From the NCBI GenBank assembly GCA_018260615.1, contig JAGWDQ010000109.1, positions 1-29,653 of the forward strand: 29,653 bases of DNA. The letters run 5' to 3'. The notes beneath the pieces are model-generated. The model was not told the origin of the DNA and searched no databases. It saw only the letters and a program-made list of their open reading frames with translations. Made by a program: the position numbers and the translations under genes. This stretch comes from Candidatus Altarchaeum sp. GTDB lineage: Archaea; Altiarchaeota; Altiarchaeia; Altiarchaeales; Altiarchaeaceae. Shown in pieces: positions 1-8,983 of this stretch (the stretch's first letter is position 1; each line of letters opens with the position of its first letter).

Positions 1-7
1 TCCGAGC

Positions 8-65
8 ATTTTCAAAACGCGAAGTTTTGAAAATCTCCGAGCAACAGCGAGGTGAACAGCGAGGT
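8..65. repeat. REP-like element, family B (TTTTCAAAA-loop-TTTTGAAAA hairpin plus CCGAGCAACAGCGAGG motif)
   Basis: Sequence ttttcaaaacgcgaagttttgaaaatctccgagcaacagcgaggtgaacagcgagg. Similar copies at ~7704-7821, 14234-14291, 18637-18672, 20964-21010, 21711-21862, 23720-23745 and 29533-29583. Confidence 0.8.
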
Positions 66-101
66 TATTGTGTGAGCATTTTTTATTTTTGTTTCATTGT
101 T

Positions 102-538
102 TCACCGCAGAGGCGCAGAGTTTTGAGATTCTTCCAAGTCAAAAACCAATCTGCAAATCCCTTGCTTCAATAGAGGAACATTAAAATTGATGAGTAATCC
201 AACCTTCCATCCACCGAGTTTTAGATATGTCAGGAGTTGGGCTTCATGAATAGGAAGAATTGATTCTATTGCTTTGATTTCTACGACAACAAGGTCATTT
301 ACCAATAAGTCAAGACGATACCTACAATCAATATTCACACCATTGTAATTCAGAGGTAAATGTTTTTGTCGTTCATAAGGTATCTGTCTCATAGACATCT
401 CCTTACATAGGCATTCCTCATATGATGACTCCAGCAAACCAGGACCAAGTGCTTTATGAACTTCAATTGCAGATCCGATTATCTTCTGTGTTAATTCATT
501 TACTTCTATTCTCTGCGTCCTCTGTGTCTCTGCGGTGA
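102..538. repeat. Inverted REP-like repeats (family A, CACAGAG/CGCAGAG type) flanking the GxxExxY gene
   Basis: tcaccgcagaggcgcagag at 102-120 and ctctgcgtcctctgtgtctctgcggtga at 511-538 (reverse complement tcaccgcagagacacagaggacgcagag). Confidence 0.8.
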
Positions 539-548
539 TATTATTCAT
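102..548 (-). CDS. GxxExxY protein (PD-(D/E)XK-like)
   Basis: Motifs IIGSAIEVHKALGPGLLESSYEECL, YRLDLLVNDLVVVEIKA and QLLTYLK...GLLINF are typical of the family. Confidence 0.93.
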   Translation of the reverse strand: MNNITAETQRTQRIEVNELTQKIIGSAIEVHKALGPGLLESSYEECLCKEMSMRQIPYERQKHLPLNYNGVNIDCRYRLDLLVNDLVVVEIKAIESILPIHEAQLLTYLKLGGWKVGLLINFNVPLLKQGICRLVFDLEESQNSAPLR

Positions 549-551
549 TTT

Positions 552-1832
552 TTATTCCTTTATCTTTTCAATTATTCGTTCCAAAATTTCCCTGTCCGGT
601 GGAAATTCCGAATTTACTACCTTTTTTAGTCGTAACGGAATTCCATCCATCCTGTAAGCAGTCCCTTCTGCTTCTATTCCAGCGGTCGCAGCAGGAATAA
701 CAACATCGGAAATCAACGCAGTAAGAGAAAATTTCGGGTCAATCGTTATTACCTGAATATTTGCCAGATGTCTTGCGGCTTCATTGGGAAGATGGGCAAC
801 TGGATCCGTTGCTATAATTAATGCAGCATCGCATTCCTTTCTTGCTAACATCTGCGTTGCAGAAAATTCTCCCGGATTGTATCTCGGATATTGTAATGCA
901 AAATTTATTGAGAACGGATAGCCGGTTTGCCACCCCCACACATGTACTGCACCGCTTACATTATAATGCCCGAGCATGGGAATAATAGAAAATTTTGTCA
1001 ATTCGTTTAAATCCTTAATAAGCGAGATAGCATTATCAGTATTTAATTCTTTTCCAAATGTCTGTGTCATTCCCATCCCGTAAAACACAACACCGTATTT
1101 TGCATTTTTCATCCTGTTTATTAAATTTTCAATGTCTTCTTTATTTACGCCTGTAATTTCTTCAACATTATCGGGAATTTTCTGACCTTTAATCGCTGCC
1201 CTCATTATTGAAATTAATTCGTAGTCCTTTCCATGAGAAATTTTTATAAATTTATCCGATTTTTTTGCCGTCTGGGTTTCTCTCACATCTATCGTCACAA
1301 TATATCTTTTGCTTCTGTCGCTCCACATTCCTGTTGCAGTCCCGGAATATCTGTTAAAGTGTCTCGGATGTGCTTCAATCGGGTTGCATCCCCAGAATAT
1401 GACCAGATCAGCCCTGTTCTTTATTTCTCCCAGTGTTGCCGTTGTTTGTCCGACACTCTGCAATGCCATCATACTGGGACCGTGACATACCGAAGGTAAC
1501 TGGTCAATTGTTGCCCCGGTTAATTCCGCTAATTCCAGTGCCTTACTTTGTGCCTCGCATTCGGTTGTTGATAATCCGAATATTAAAGGATATTTGGCAT
1601 TTTTTAAAATTTCAGCGGCTTTTTCTATTGCTTCATCCATTGAAACATTAACTAAATTTCCTTCCTTTTTGAGCATCGGGCTTTGGACTGCATTGACATG
1701 ATGTTTCATAAATTTTGTAATACAGATTCCGCAGCCGTTCTTAACGCCTTTTAGCTCGTTATCTTCAACATTTACAATTATATCGTCGCACAGACATCCG
1801 CAAAACGGGCAAGGAATATTTTTTATTTCCAT
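552..1832 (-). CDS. fwdB: Formylmethanofuran dehydrogenase subunit B (W/Mo-pterin catalytic subunit)
   Basis: N-terminal CPFCGCLCDD, SVCHGP metal-ligand motif, KNRADLVIFWGCNPIEAHPRH and GIEAEGTAYRMDGIP; adjacent to fwdD. Confidence 0.95.
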   Translation of the reverse strand: MEIKNIPCPFCGCLCDDIIVNVEDNELKGVKNGCGICITKFMKHHVNAVQSPMLKKEGNLVNVSMDEAIEKAAEILKNAKYPLIFGLSTTECEAQSKALELAELTGATIDQLPSVCHGPSMMALQSVGQTTATLGEIKNRADLVIFWGCNPIEAHPRHFNRYSGTATGMWSDRSKRYIVTIDVRETQTAKKSDKFIKISHGKDYELISIMRAAIKGQKIPDNVEEITGVNKEDIENLINRMKNAKYGVVFYGMGMTQTFGKELNTDNAISLIKDLNELTKFSIIPMLGHYNVSGAVHVWGWQTGYPFSINFALQYPRYNPGEFSATQMLARKECDAALIIATDPVAHLPNEAARHLANIQVITIDPKFSLTALISDVVIPAATAGIEAEGTAYRMDGIPLRLKKVVNSEFPPDREILERIIEKIKE

Positions 1833-1833
1833 T

Positions 1834-2202
1834 TTATTGCATTAATTTTTGTAAAATTTCTTTGACATTTAAAATTTTTTCATCTGTTTTTGAAATTTGG
1901 ACATCAATTCCTTTAAAATCCGGCATACCTGTGCCGTCTGTATTTCCTCCTATAAGTATATTTGCCCAGGGTCCCATCGGAATGAATAACTCATTTTCGC
2001 CAACTGCACCTTTACTGCATTTAACGACAACTTCACCATAATTACTCTTTACCTTTATCAGGTCCCCTTCTTTCATACAGAATTTTGTTATGTCTTTTTC
2101 ATTGAGAAATGCAATTGCACAGGCATCCTGGTAACTTTGGGAAATTTTACTCTCTTCTATCGTCATACCCTGTTTTAGAGTTCTTGCGGTTATAAGTTTC
2201 AT
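1834..2202 (-). CDS. fwdD: Formylmethanofuran dehydrogenase subunit D
   Basis: LITARTLKQG and FIPMGPWAN...TDGTGMPDFKG motifs; directly upstream of fwdB. Confidence 0.92.
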   Translation of the reverse strand: MKLITARTLKQGMTIEESKISQSYQDACAIAFLNEKDITKFCMKEGDLIKVKSNYGEVVVKCSKGAVGENELFIPMGPWANILIGGNTDGTGMPDFKGIDVQISKTDEKILNVKEILQKLMQ

Positions 2203-2465
2203 TCTTGTAAATTTTTTGATTTTTAATTTGATTATTGATAGAATTTGATTATAGTCAATCTTTCAACTTTTGATACTTTGATTTAATAATAGTGTGTTCA
2301 GCATTAATATCAAAAATTAGCAGTTTCACTATATTAATTATTAATGTTAATAAAAATAAAGATTAATAAAAATTATTAAATTTTTTTGTATAATAGGAAA
2401 TATCCGATAACTATGTTAAAATTCCTTATTTTCAATATAATGTCAATTTTGTATAAATTTATTTA

Positions 2466-2567
2466 GTAACTACTCACACTTGTGCGAAATTTAAAACTTT
2501 CGCAAGGTGAAATTTAAGATAAATAAAAATTTCATAGGTATATTTTTAACACCCAGCGAGTAGTTAC
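2466..2567. mobile_element. Candidate 102-bp MITE-like element
   Basis: Perfect 10-bp inverted termini GTAACTACTC (2466-2475) / GAGTAGTTAC (2558-2567) and an internal hairpin tgcgaaa-N8-tttcgca. No clear TSD. Confidence 0.45.
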
Positions 2568-2607
2568 AATAAAAGAAGAAAAAATAAAAGAAAAATAATT
2601 CATTTCT

Positions 2608-4086
2608 TTAAATCAAAAGCCAGTACTTTAATGGCAATTTGATAAATTTATCCTCAACAAGTTCAAGTTCATCACTGCCGATGATTATTCCGTAAGAAAA
2701 ATTTTTTATCCTTTTAGCTGTCTCCTTTATCTGTTTTATGCCGTAGTTTTCTTTGTTAAATCCGATTTCAATCACAATTTCCCGGTCTTCGTTTTTTAAA
2801 ACAAAATCAGCACCTTTTTTTGAAGAGTCGTACATAAATTCAATCCTCGGACATAATTTTTTGAAGTCCTTAATAAATATCAAACTACAATAATCCTCAA
2901 GTATTTTGCCTTTAATCTCTACGGGACAGATACCTTCTAAAATGGCCGAACGCAACGATGGTGAAATAAACAGATATTTCGGGGTTTTCCTTATTTTTGT
3001 ATATTTTCCGCCGTAACTTCTGAGTTTTATCAGAATTCCGCTTATAACTAAAACATCTAACAGCGAGGTCAATGTACGACGATTAATTTCCAAAGAACTG
3101 CATAAATTCTCATAATTTATAGTGTCTGAATTTGCCAAAAGATAAAGCAAATCATTTATTTTTGACAGCGTTTCCGAATTAAATTTTTTAAGCATCAGAA
3201 TGTCTTTGCCGATTAACTTCTCAATTACATTTCCTATTGATTCATAAATTTTTTGTTTATTTTTTGTTTTCAGTGTAAAAGGAAAGCCACCTGTATTTAA
3301 AAACTCTTCTTCGGTCCCCAAAGGTAGAGAAGCAAAAAAACTGTTTACTGTTGACGATTGCGAATTAAGTGACTCATATAAGTCCATGGCATTTTTGCTT
3401 TTTAATATCATTGTTGATAATGAGTCCGAAAGATTTTTTACCGGAAATTTGTTTTCTTTCAACATCAGGTATTCTGTAAATTTAAGCGGATAAAGTTCTT
3501 CCAGATATGCTCTTCTGGCAAGGTCGGGATTTATCTTGATATTTAAAGCAGAAGAACCTGTAGCAATAACTAAAATATTTTTATGTCCTTTGGTTCTGTC
3601 AAAAAGGGTCTTTAAAAAAAGTCCCCATTGTTTGTCATAATGAACTTCATCCAGCAAAATTAAAAGTTTTTTGTTTAATGTCTCAAATCTGAAGCCCTTT
3701 ATTTCCTCATAAAGACCAAAGAAGTCATTTAAAGTAATGCCTTGTAAATGCAGCCGGCTTACATCAAGATAAATTTTCTCATAGTCCTGCGTAAATATTT
3801 TTTGATATCCTTTATTTATTTTTACAAATTTCCGGGCATAAAAAATCTGTGCAAAGAGTGTTGTTTTCCCAACGCCTCTGATACCTGACAAAAGATTGAT
3901 TTTTTCTAATTCTTCAATACTGCTATCCAGGAAATTTTCCAAAAGGGTTGCGTAATGAGAAAAAATATAACGGGTTGGCAATAAGTCGTTGTTTTCATCG
4001 TAAATGTATCCTGAAAGAACATTGTCAAGTCCGGTTGTCCACAACCTGTAAAATTTATTTACTTTTTCTGATTTTATATCATTCAT
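2608..4086 (-). CDS. AAA+ ATP-binding protein (AAA_14/DUF4143-like)
   Basis: Walker A GIRGVGKTT, Walker B LLDEVH, IATGSS, GGFP and a C-terminal ADFVL...VIEIG nuclease-like tail. Confidence 0.85.
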   Translation of the reverse strand: MNDIKSEKVNKFYRLWTTGLDNVLSGYIYDENNDLLPTRYIFSHYATLLENFLDSSIEELEKINLLSGIRGVGKTTLFAQIFYARKFVKINKGYQKIFTQDYEKIYLDVSRLHLQGITLNDFFGLYEEIKGFRFETLNKKLLILLDEVHYDKQWGLFLKTLFDRTKGHKNILVIATGSSALNIKINPDLARRAYLEELYPLKFTEYLMLKENKFPVKNLSDSLSTMILKSKNAMDLYESLNSQSSTVNSFFASLPLGTEEEFLNTGGFPFTLKTKNKQKIYESIGNVIEKLIGKDILMLKKFNSETLSKINDLLYLLANSDTINYENLCSSLEINRRTLTSLLDVLVISGILIKLRSYGGKYTKIRKTPKYLFISPSLRSAILEGICPVEIKGKILEDYCSLIFIKDFKKLCPRIEFMYDSSKKGADFVLKNEDREIVIEIGFNKENYGIKQIKETAKRIKNFSYGIIIGSDELELVEDKFIKLPLKYWLLI

Positions 4087-4096
4087 TTTAAATTTA

Positions 4097-4305
4097 TTTT
4101 ATTTGTATTACTCTGCAATTAAATTATATGTTTTATTTGTATTACTCTGCAATTAAAAATTCCAACATCTTAAATTACGATTAAACATATAAATATAAAC
4201 GCCCGAATGTTTTCATTTTATTTATTTTATTTGTATTACTCTGCAATTAAATTATATGTTTTATTTGTATTACTCTGCAATTAAATTATATACTTTATTT
4301 GTATT
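4097..4305. repeat. 34-bp tandem repeat in two blocks
   Basis: Unit ttttatttgtattactctgcaattaaattatatg at 4097-4130, 4131-4157 (partial), 4225-4258, 4259-4292 and 4293-4305 (partial). Confidence 0.9.
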
Positions 4306-4368
4306 TGATTACAATTTAAAAAATCTTGTAGATTTTTTATCGTACAGGAAAGTTCGTTTTATTGTTCT

Positions 4369-4432
4369 CTCACACCAAGACACGGAGACACAAAGGGCAA
4401 TGTTGCTCTGTGACTTTGTGACTTTGTGTGAG
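4369..4432. repeat. Family A REP-like palindrome without cargo
   Basis: ctcacaccaagacacggagacacaaag-ggcaatgttg-ctctgtgactttgtgactttgtgtgag; the two arms are imperfect reverse complements. Confidence 0.8.
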
Positions 4433-4435
4433 CAT

Positions 4436-4583
4436 TTTTTAAAGATTGAAAACTCAAAGTTTTCAGTATTTAAAAATTTCATAGATTTTTAAAGATTGAA
4501 AATCTTCCAGATTTTCAGTATTTAAAAATTTCATAGATTTTTAAAGATTGAAAATTTATAATTTTCAGTATTACAAAATTATA
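4436..4583. repeat. Three tandem ~50-bp AT-rich hairpin units with variable loops
   Basis: tttttaaagattgaaaa-[ctcaaag/tcttccaga/tttataa]-ttttcagtatt(taaaaatttcataga) x3. A reverse-complement copy lies at 29612-29653. Confidence 0.85.
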
Positions 4584-4683
4584 TTATTTTATTGCGATAA
4601 CTAAATTTTACATAAATTTTTAAATCGTTAAATTCTATAAAATAAATTCCTGCCAAACTTAATTATTAAACCTGTATAATAAG

Positions 4684-6426
4684 ATGAGAATAGCGGTGCT
4701 AAACAAGGACAAGTGTAAATACAAGGATTGCAACTACTTATGCGTTCGTTTATGTCCCATGAACAAAAGAGGAGGCAAGACAGTAATTGCCGATTCCGAA
4801 AGCCAGAATCCGAAACCGGAGATAAATGAAGCGATGTGCACGGGATGCGGAATATGCGCGAACAGATGTCCTGCGGAAGCGATTCACATAATAAATTTAC
4901 CTGATGAAATCGGAACCCCCATACATCAGTACGGAAAGAACGGATTTCGCATATTCAACCTTCCGTCTCCGAAAAAAGGTGTTGTCGGAATTGTCGGAAA
5001 AAACGGAATCGGAAAGTCAACAACATTAAAAATTTTGAGCGGACAGATAATACCGAATTTGTCAAATATAGACAGGGAAGGTAACTGGGACGAGGTAATA
5101 AAATATTTCAGGGGCAGGGAATTGCAGGATTTTCTGTTAAAAATTTCAAAAAACGAGCTCAAATTTTCCTATAAGCCGCAATTTGTTGAAGGCATCAGGA
5201 AGCTCGTTAAGGGAAAAGTCCGGGATGTTATAAAATATGACGCTCAAAATTTTGACGCTCATAAACGAAATTTATTGCAGGGACTAAACATTGACTTTTT
5301 GGATAATGATGTCGGGGAATTGAGCGGAGGGGAATTGCAAAAGTTAGCTATATATGTCTGTTTATCAAAGGATGCGGACATTTATTTGCTTGATGAACCG
5401 TCTTCGTATCTTGATGTTGAGGAACGGTTAAATTTAGCAAAGGTTATAGGCGGCATTCAGGATAAATTTATCATTCTGGTTGAGCACGATCTGGCTTTGC
5501 TGGATTATTTGAGCGATTATATTTATGTCATTTTCGGAAAGCAGGGCGCTTACGGAATAATATCCAATATAAAGTCAACGCGAATCGGCATAAACGAGTA
5601 TTTGGACGGATTTTTAAAGGCGGAAAATATGCGGTTCAGGGATAGCATCAAATTTGAGGTAATCAGAGCGAGAAACAGGAAATTTCCGTTCCTGCTTGCA
5701 AAATATCCTTCATTTACAAAAAGTTATGAGCATTTCAGGCTTGTTGTTGGCGGGGGAGAAATTTATAAAGGACAAATTGTGGGCGTTCTCGGAAAAAATG
5801 CGAGCGGAAAAACAACATTCATCAAAATTCTGGCAGGTGTTGAAATGTCTGATGATGCCAAAGTTAATGTCAATTTAAAAATTTCGTATAAGCCACAATA
5901 TATTTCGGTTATGGATATGAAGGTCAGGCAGTTAAATTTAAAAGCGGAGTTGATTGAGAAATTTTCAATTAAGGACTTGCTGGAGAAGAACATTGACGAA
6001 TTGAGCGGCGGCGAATTACAAAAGGTTGCAATAGCTGATTGTCTTTCAAAGGATGCAGACATTTATTTGCTTGATGAACCATCTGCTTATTTGGATGTTG
6101 AAGAACGACTGAATCTGGCAAAATTTTTGCGTTCGTTTGCAGGAGAAAAGGAAAAGGGAATTTTTGTTATTGACCATGATATTTTGTTTATTGATTATAT
6201 CAGCGATGCAATGATTGTTTTTGAAAGAAAGAAAGCTCATGATTCTTATGTTGAAGGGTATGCGTCTTCCGTATTAAATGTCAGGGACGGAATGAATAAA
6301 TTTTTAAAGTCAGTCGGAATAACATTCAGGAGAGAGCCGGAAACGGGAAGGCCCAGGGCGAATAAACTTGACAGCGTTATTGACAGGGGACAGAAAGAAA
6401 AAGGGGAATATTACTATGCGGATTAA
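4684..6426 (+). CDS. rli: Ribosome recycling ATPase ABCE1/RLI
   Basis: N-terminal 2x[4Fe-4S] cysteines (CKYKDC...C...CP; CTGCGICANRCP), two ABC NBDs (GKNGIGKS; GKNASGKT; LSGGELQ x2) and C-terminal FRREPETGRPRANK. Confidence 0.96.
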   Translation: MRIAVLNKDKCKYKDCNYLCVRLCPMNKRGGKTVIADSESQNPKPEINEAMCTGCGICANRCPAEAIHIINLPDEIGTPIHQYGKNGFRIFNLPSPKKGVVGIVGKNGIGKSTTLKILSGQIIPNLSNIDREGNWDEVIKYFRGRELQDFLLKISKNELKFSYKPQFVEGIRKLVKGKVRDVIKYDAQNFDAHKRNLLQGLNIDFLDNDVGELSGGELQKLAIYVCLSKDADIYLLDEPSSYLDVEERLNLAKVIGGIQDKFIILVEHDLALLDYLSDYIYVIFGKQGAYGIISNIKSTRIGINEYLDGFLKAENMRFRDSIKFEVIRARNRKFPFLLAKYPSFTKSYEHFRLVVGGGEIYKGQIVGVLGKNASGKTTFIKILAGVEMSDDAKVNVNLKISYKPQYISVMDMKVRQLNLKAELIEKFSIKDLLEKNIDELSGGELQKVAIADCLSKDADIYLLDEPSAYLDVEERLNLAKFLRSFAGEKEKGIFVIDHDILFIDYISDAMIVFERKKAHDSYVEGYASSVLNVRDGMNKFLKSVGITFRREPETGRPRANKLDSVIDRGQKEKGEYYYAD

Positions 6427-6442
6427 ATTTTTGATTAAATTT

Positions 6443-7681
6443 TTATGCTCCGAATTTTTTCCCTCTTTCGCTTAAATCCATTAAAATATTTAGCAAATCA
6501 GATCCTTTAATAACCCCAAGCCCTCCTTTTGCACACTCTCTTTCGCTAAATTTATAAACCTCATCCGTTCTGACATCACCAAGAATTGCCACAGGTACCG
6601 GGTCTCCGCTGTGCTCTCTTACGGTTACAGATGTTGTATGATCTGCGGTTAAGGCAATTGTCGCATCTAAATCTTCTTCAAGTAATTTTGCCAAAACCGT
6701 ATCTATTCTTTCAATCATTTCAACCTTTCCCTTAAAATCGCCGTCATGAGAAATTTCATCAGTACCTTTGATATTAATGAGAATAAAGTCGTGTTTGTCT
6801 CCTTTAAGTTCTTTTATGCATGCATCAATCTTACTCCCAATGTTTGAGTCCTTATGTCCGGTTGCGCCATTAATTTCAGCAACATCTAATCCGACTGCCC
6901 TGCTAATACCTTTAACCAGATTTACTCCTGCTATACACACCCCGTTCATTCCGTACTTTTCATTAAATTTCGGAATTTCGCCAATCTTTCCCGCACCCCG
7001 GGCAAGTACGATATTTGCAGGAGGCATACCTTTATTTAGTCGTTCTTTTTGAATTTCGCTGTTGTTTAAAATTTCATACGCCTTTCGGGTAAATTTATTT
7101 AAAATTTCTGCTGTTCTTTTTGATGAATTCGTATTATCCAAAGGAACAACATTTTTTATTTCGCCTTCGCTGTGCGGGTCGCTGTCGGAAATTTTTTCGG
7201 ATAAATTTTTGCCCCTTAAAACCAGAACACCTCTGTGTCCTGAAGATGTCTTAAAAATTGCTTTCACATCTTCAATCTGAAAATTTAACATGTCTCCAAG
7301 TTTTTCCAGTCCGAATTCGCCTCTTCCTGCCCTTCTGTCAGTTATGAAAAGTTTGTCATTTTTCTTTTCGGCAGTGGCGAAATTACACCTGAAAGCGATG
7401 TCATCCTTGCCTAAATTTAATCCGGCACCTAACGCCTCAAAGGGACCTCTTCCAGTGTAATATTTATAAGGGTCATAACTGAGTAATGCCAAATGTGCGG
7501 TATCACTTCCGGGGGGAATTCCATATCCGATAGGATTCATAAGTCCGCAAATTCCTTCTTTTGCTATTTTGTCCATATTTGGCTTGTTTGCAACTTCAAG
7601 AGGGGTTTTATTGTTGTGCTCTTTGTCGGGTCTGTCTGCCATACCATCACAAATGAGCAATACGATTTTTTTTTGCTGCAT
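6443..7681 (-). CDS. apgM: Archaeal 2,3-bisphosphoglycerate-independent phosphoglycerate mutase
   Basis: LLICDGMADRP, PGSDTAHL, GRGPFEALG, KGTDEISHDG, TADHTT and HSGDPVP motifs. Confidence 0.95.
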   Translation of the reverse strand: MQQKKIVLLICDGMADRPDKEHNNKTPLEVANKPNMDKIAKEGICGLMNPIGYGIPPGSDTAHLALLSYDPYKYYTGRGPFEALGAGLNLGKDDIAFRCNFATAEKKNDKLFITDRRAGRGEFGLEKLGDMLNFQIEDVKAIFKTSSGHRGVLVLRGKNLSEKISDSDPHSEGEIKNVVPLDNTNSSKRTAEILNKFTRKAYEILNNSEIQKERLNKGMPPANIVLARGAGKIGEIPKFNEKYGMNGVCIAGVNLVKGISRAVGLDVAEINGATGHKDSNIGSKIDACIKELKGDKHDFILINIKGTDEISHDGDFKGKVEMIERIDTVLAKLLEEDLDATIALTADHTTSVTVREHSGDPVPVAILGDVRTDEVYKFSERECAKGGLGVIKGSDLLNILMDLSERGKKFGA

Positions 7682-7703
7682 TTTAAAATTTTATAAATTT
7701 TTA

Positions 7704-7821
7704 AATCTCCGAACTATTTTCAAAAACGCAGTTTTCAAATCGCAGAGATTTGAAAATCTCCGAACGAAGTGAGGTGAAGTTTTTGAAAATACACGAACGA
7801 TAGTGAGCGTAAGTGAGGTGA
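7704..7821. repeat. Cluster of family B REP-like units
   Basis: aaatctccgaac, ttttcaaatcgcagagatttgaaaatctccgaacgaagtgaggtg and acgaacgatagtgagcgtaagtgaggtg. Confidence 0.8.
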
Positions 7822-7922
7822 TTTTAAAAAATTTTATAAAGAATATATGGCATAAATTAAAAATAGTATAAAATAAAAAGAAAAAGTAATAAATAAAAAG
7901 GTTCCTGATTTTAAATAAATTT

Positions 7923-8903
7923 TTATTCCTTTTTCAACACACAAATCCTCCTCGTCAGCCCGCCATGAACCCTGACCTTGTGTTCCTCCGCAAATTTAAA
8001 TTTATAAAAATCATAATCAATCCCGTCTTTTGATACAATAACAGCAAATTTACCTTCTTTAAGCAACTTGTATGCAGTGAGCATAAATTTATTATAAAGT
8101 TGTGTCAGATTTCTGTTTGTAGTAAAAGATGACCTTCCGTAAGGCAAATCCGTAACAATCGCATCAAAAAAATCTTTCTTCCTGATTTTTAACGCATCTC
8201 CTTCTTTTAAATTTTCAGTTCCGTATTGGACACCGTAAAAATCCAGATTTTTCCTGCATCCGTGGAGCATATACTCGCTAATGTCTTTTCCGAAAATTTT
8301 CATACCCATAAGTCCCGCCTCAACAAGTATCGCCCCGGAGCCGCAAAAAGGATCCAAAATCCTGGCGCCTTCCTTAACCCTCGCTAAATTTATTAGTGTT
8401 CTTGCAAGTTTCGGATGCATTGTAACCGGGACAGTAAAAGGTCTGTTTGATGGAATTCTCTGAAGAAATTTCTCCCTGTTTTTATTTATTCCTGCAAAAT
8501 ATAAATTTTCAGTATACAGACACATCACTTCGTTTTCGTAATTTTCAAGTTTCACTGTAATATTTTCGTTATGTTTTTTGATTATTTCTCCAAACCTTCG
8601 TTCAAGTGTCGCATCTTTAAAATTTCCGGTTGAATAACTTGTAACCCTGAAACTTCCTGAAATCTGAGATGCAACCTTTTTTGCAATATCTTCCAAATTT
8701 TCTCCGTGAGCGATGAACTCGCACATAACCTTTGCCATAGACATTCTCTCAAAGGGAAATTTTTCACAGGAAAAAATGTAAAGCCGGTTTTTTTCATAAA
8801 TTTCGGAAAAATTTTTATTTTCGAGGTAACTTTCAATTAATCCTTTTGCCTCTGCTTTCGGAAGTGTAATATTGTCCCCTAAAAGATAAAGTAAAATATT
8901 CAT
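7923..8903 (-). CDS. THUMP-domain tRNA methyltransferase (TIGR01177 / m2G10 Trm11-TrmG10-like)
   Basis: RPF..P.TMHPKLARTLINLA, ILDPFCGSGAILVEA and DAIVTDLPYGRSS motifs. Confidence 0.88.
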   Translation of the reverse strand: MNILLYLLGDNITLPKAEAKGLIESYLENKNFSEIYEKNRLYIFSCEKFPFERMSMAKVMCEFIAHGENLEDIAKKVASQISGSFRVTSYSTGNFKDATLERRFGEIIKKHNENITVKLENYENEVMCLYTENLYFAGINKNREKFLQRIPSNRPFTVPVTMHPKLARTLINLARVKEGARILDPFCGSGAILVEAGLMGMKIFGKDISEYMLHGCRKNLDFYGVQYGTENLKEGDALKIRKKDFFDAIVTDLPYGRSSFTTNRNLTQLYNKFMLTAYKLLKEGKFAVIVSKDGIDYDFYKFKFAEEHKVRVHGGLTRRICVLKKE

Positions 8904-8983
8904 ATTAAAAATTTAGAGTTTGAAATCTAATTTTCATAAGATATTTTTATGGAAAATATAAATTTTAAAAACATTAATATAAA

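Noticed and set aside
1470-1500. Selenocysteine in FwdB
   Set aside because: The metal-ligand codon in SVCHGP is TGT (Cys), not TGA.
4256-4492. 78-aa ORF
   Set aside because: Reads entirely through tandem and REP repeats (HQDTETQR, LCDFVTLCE are repeat translations).
4097-4583. CRISPR array
   Set aside because: Repeats are head-to-tail or have 7-9-nt loops, there are no 30-45-nt unique spacers in series, and no cas genes are present.
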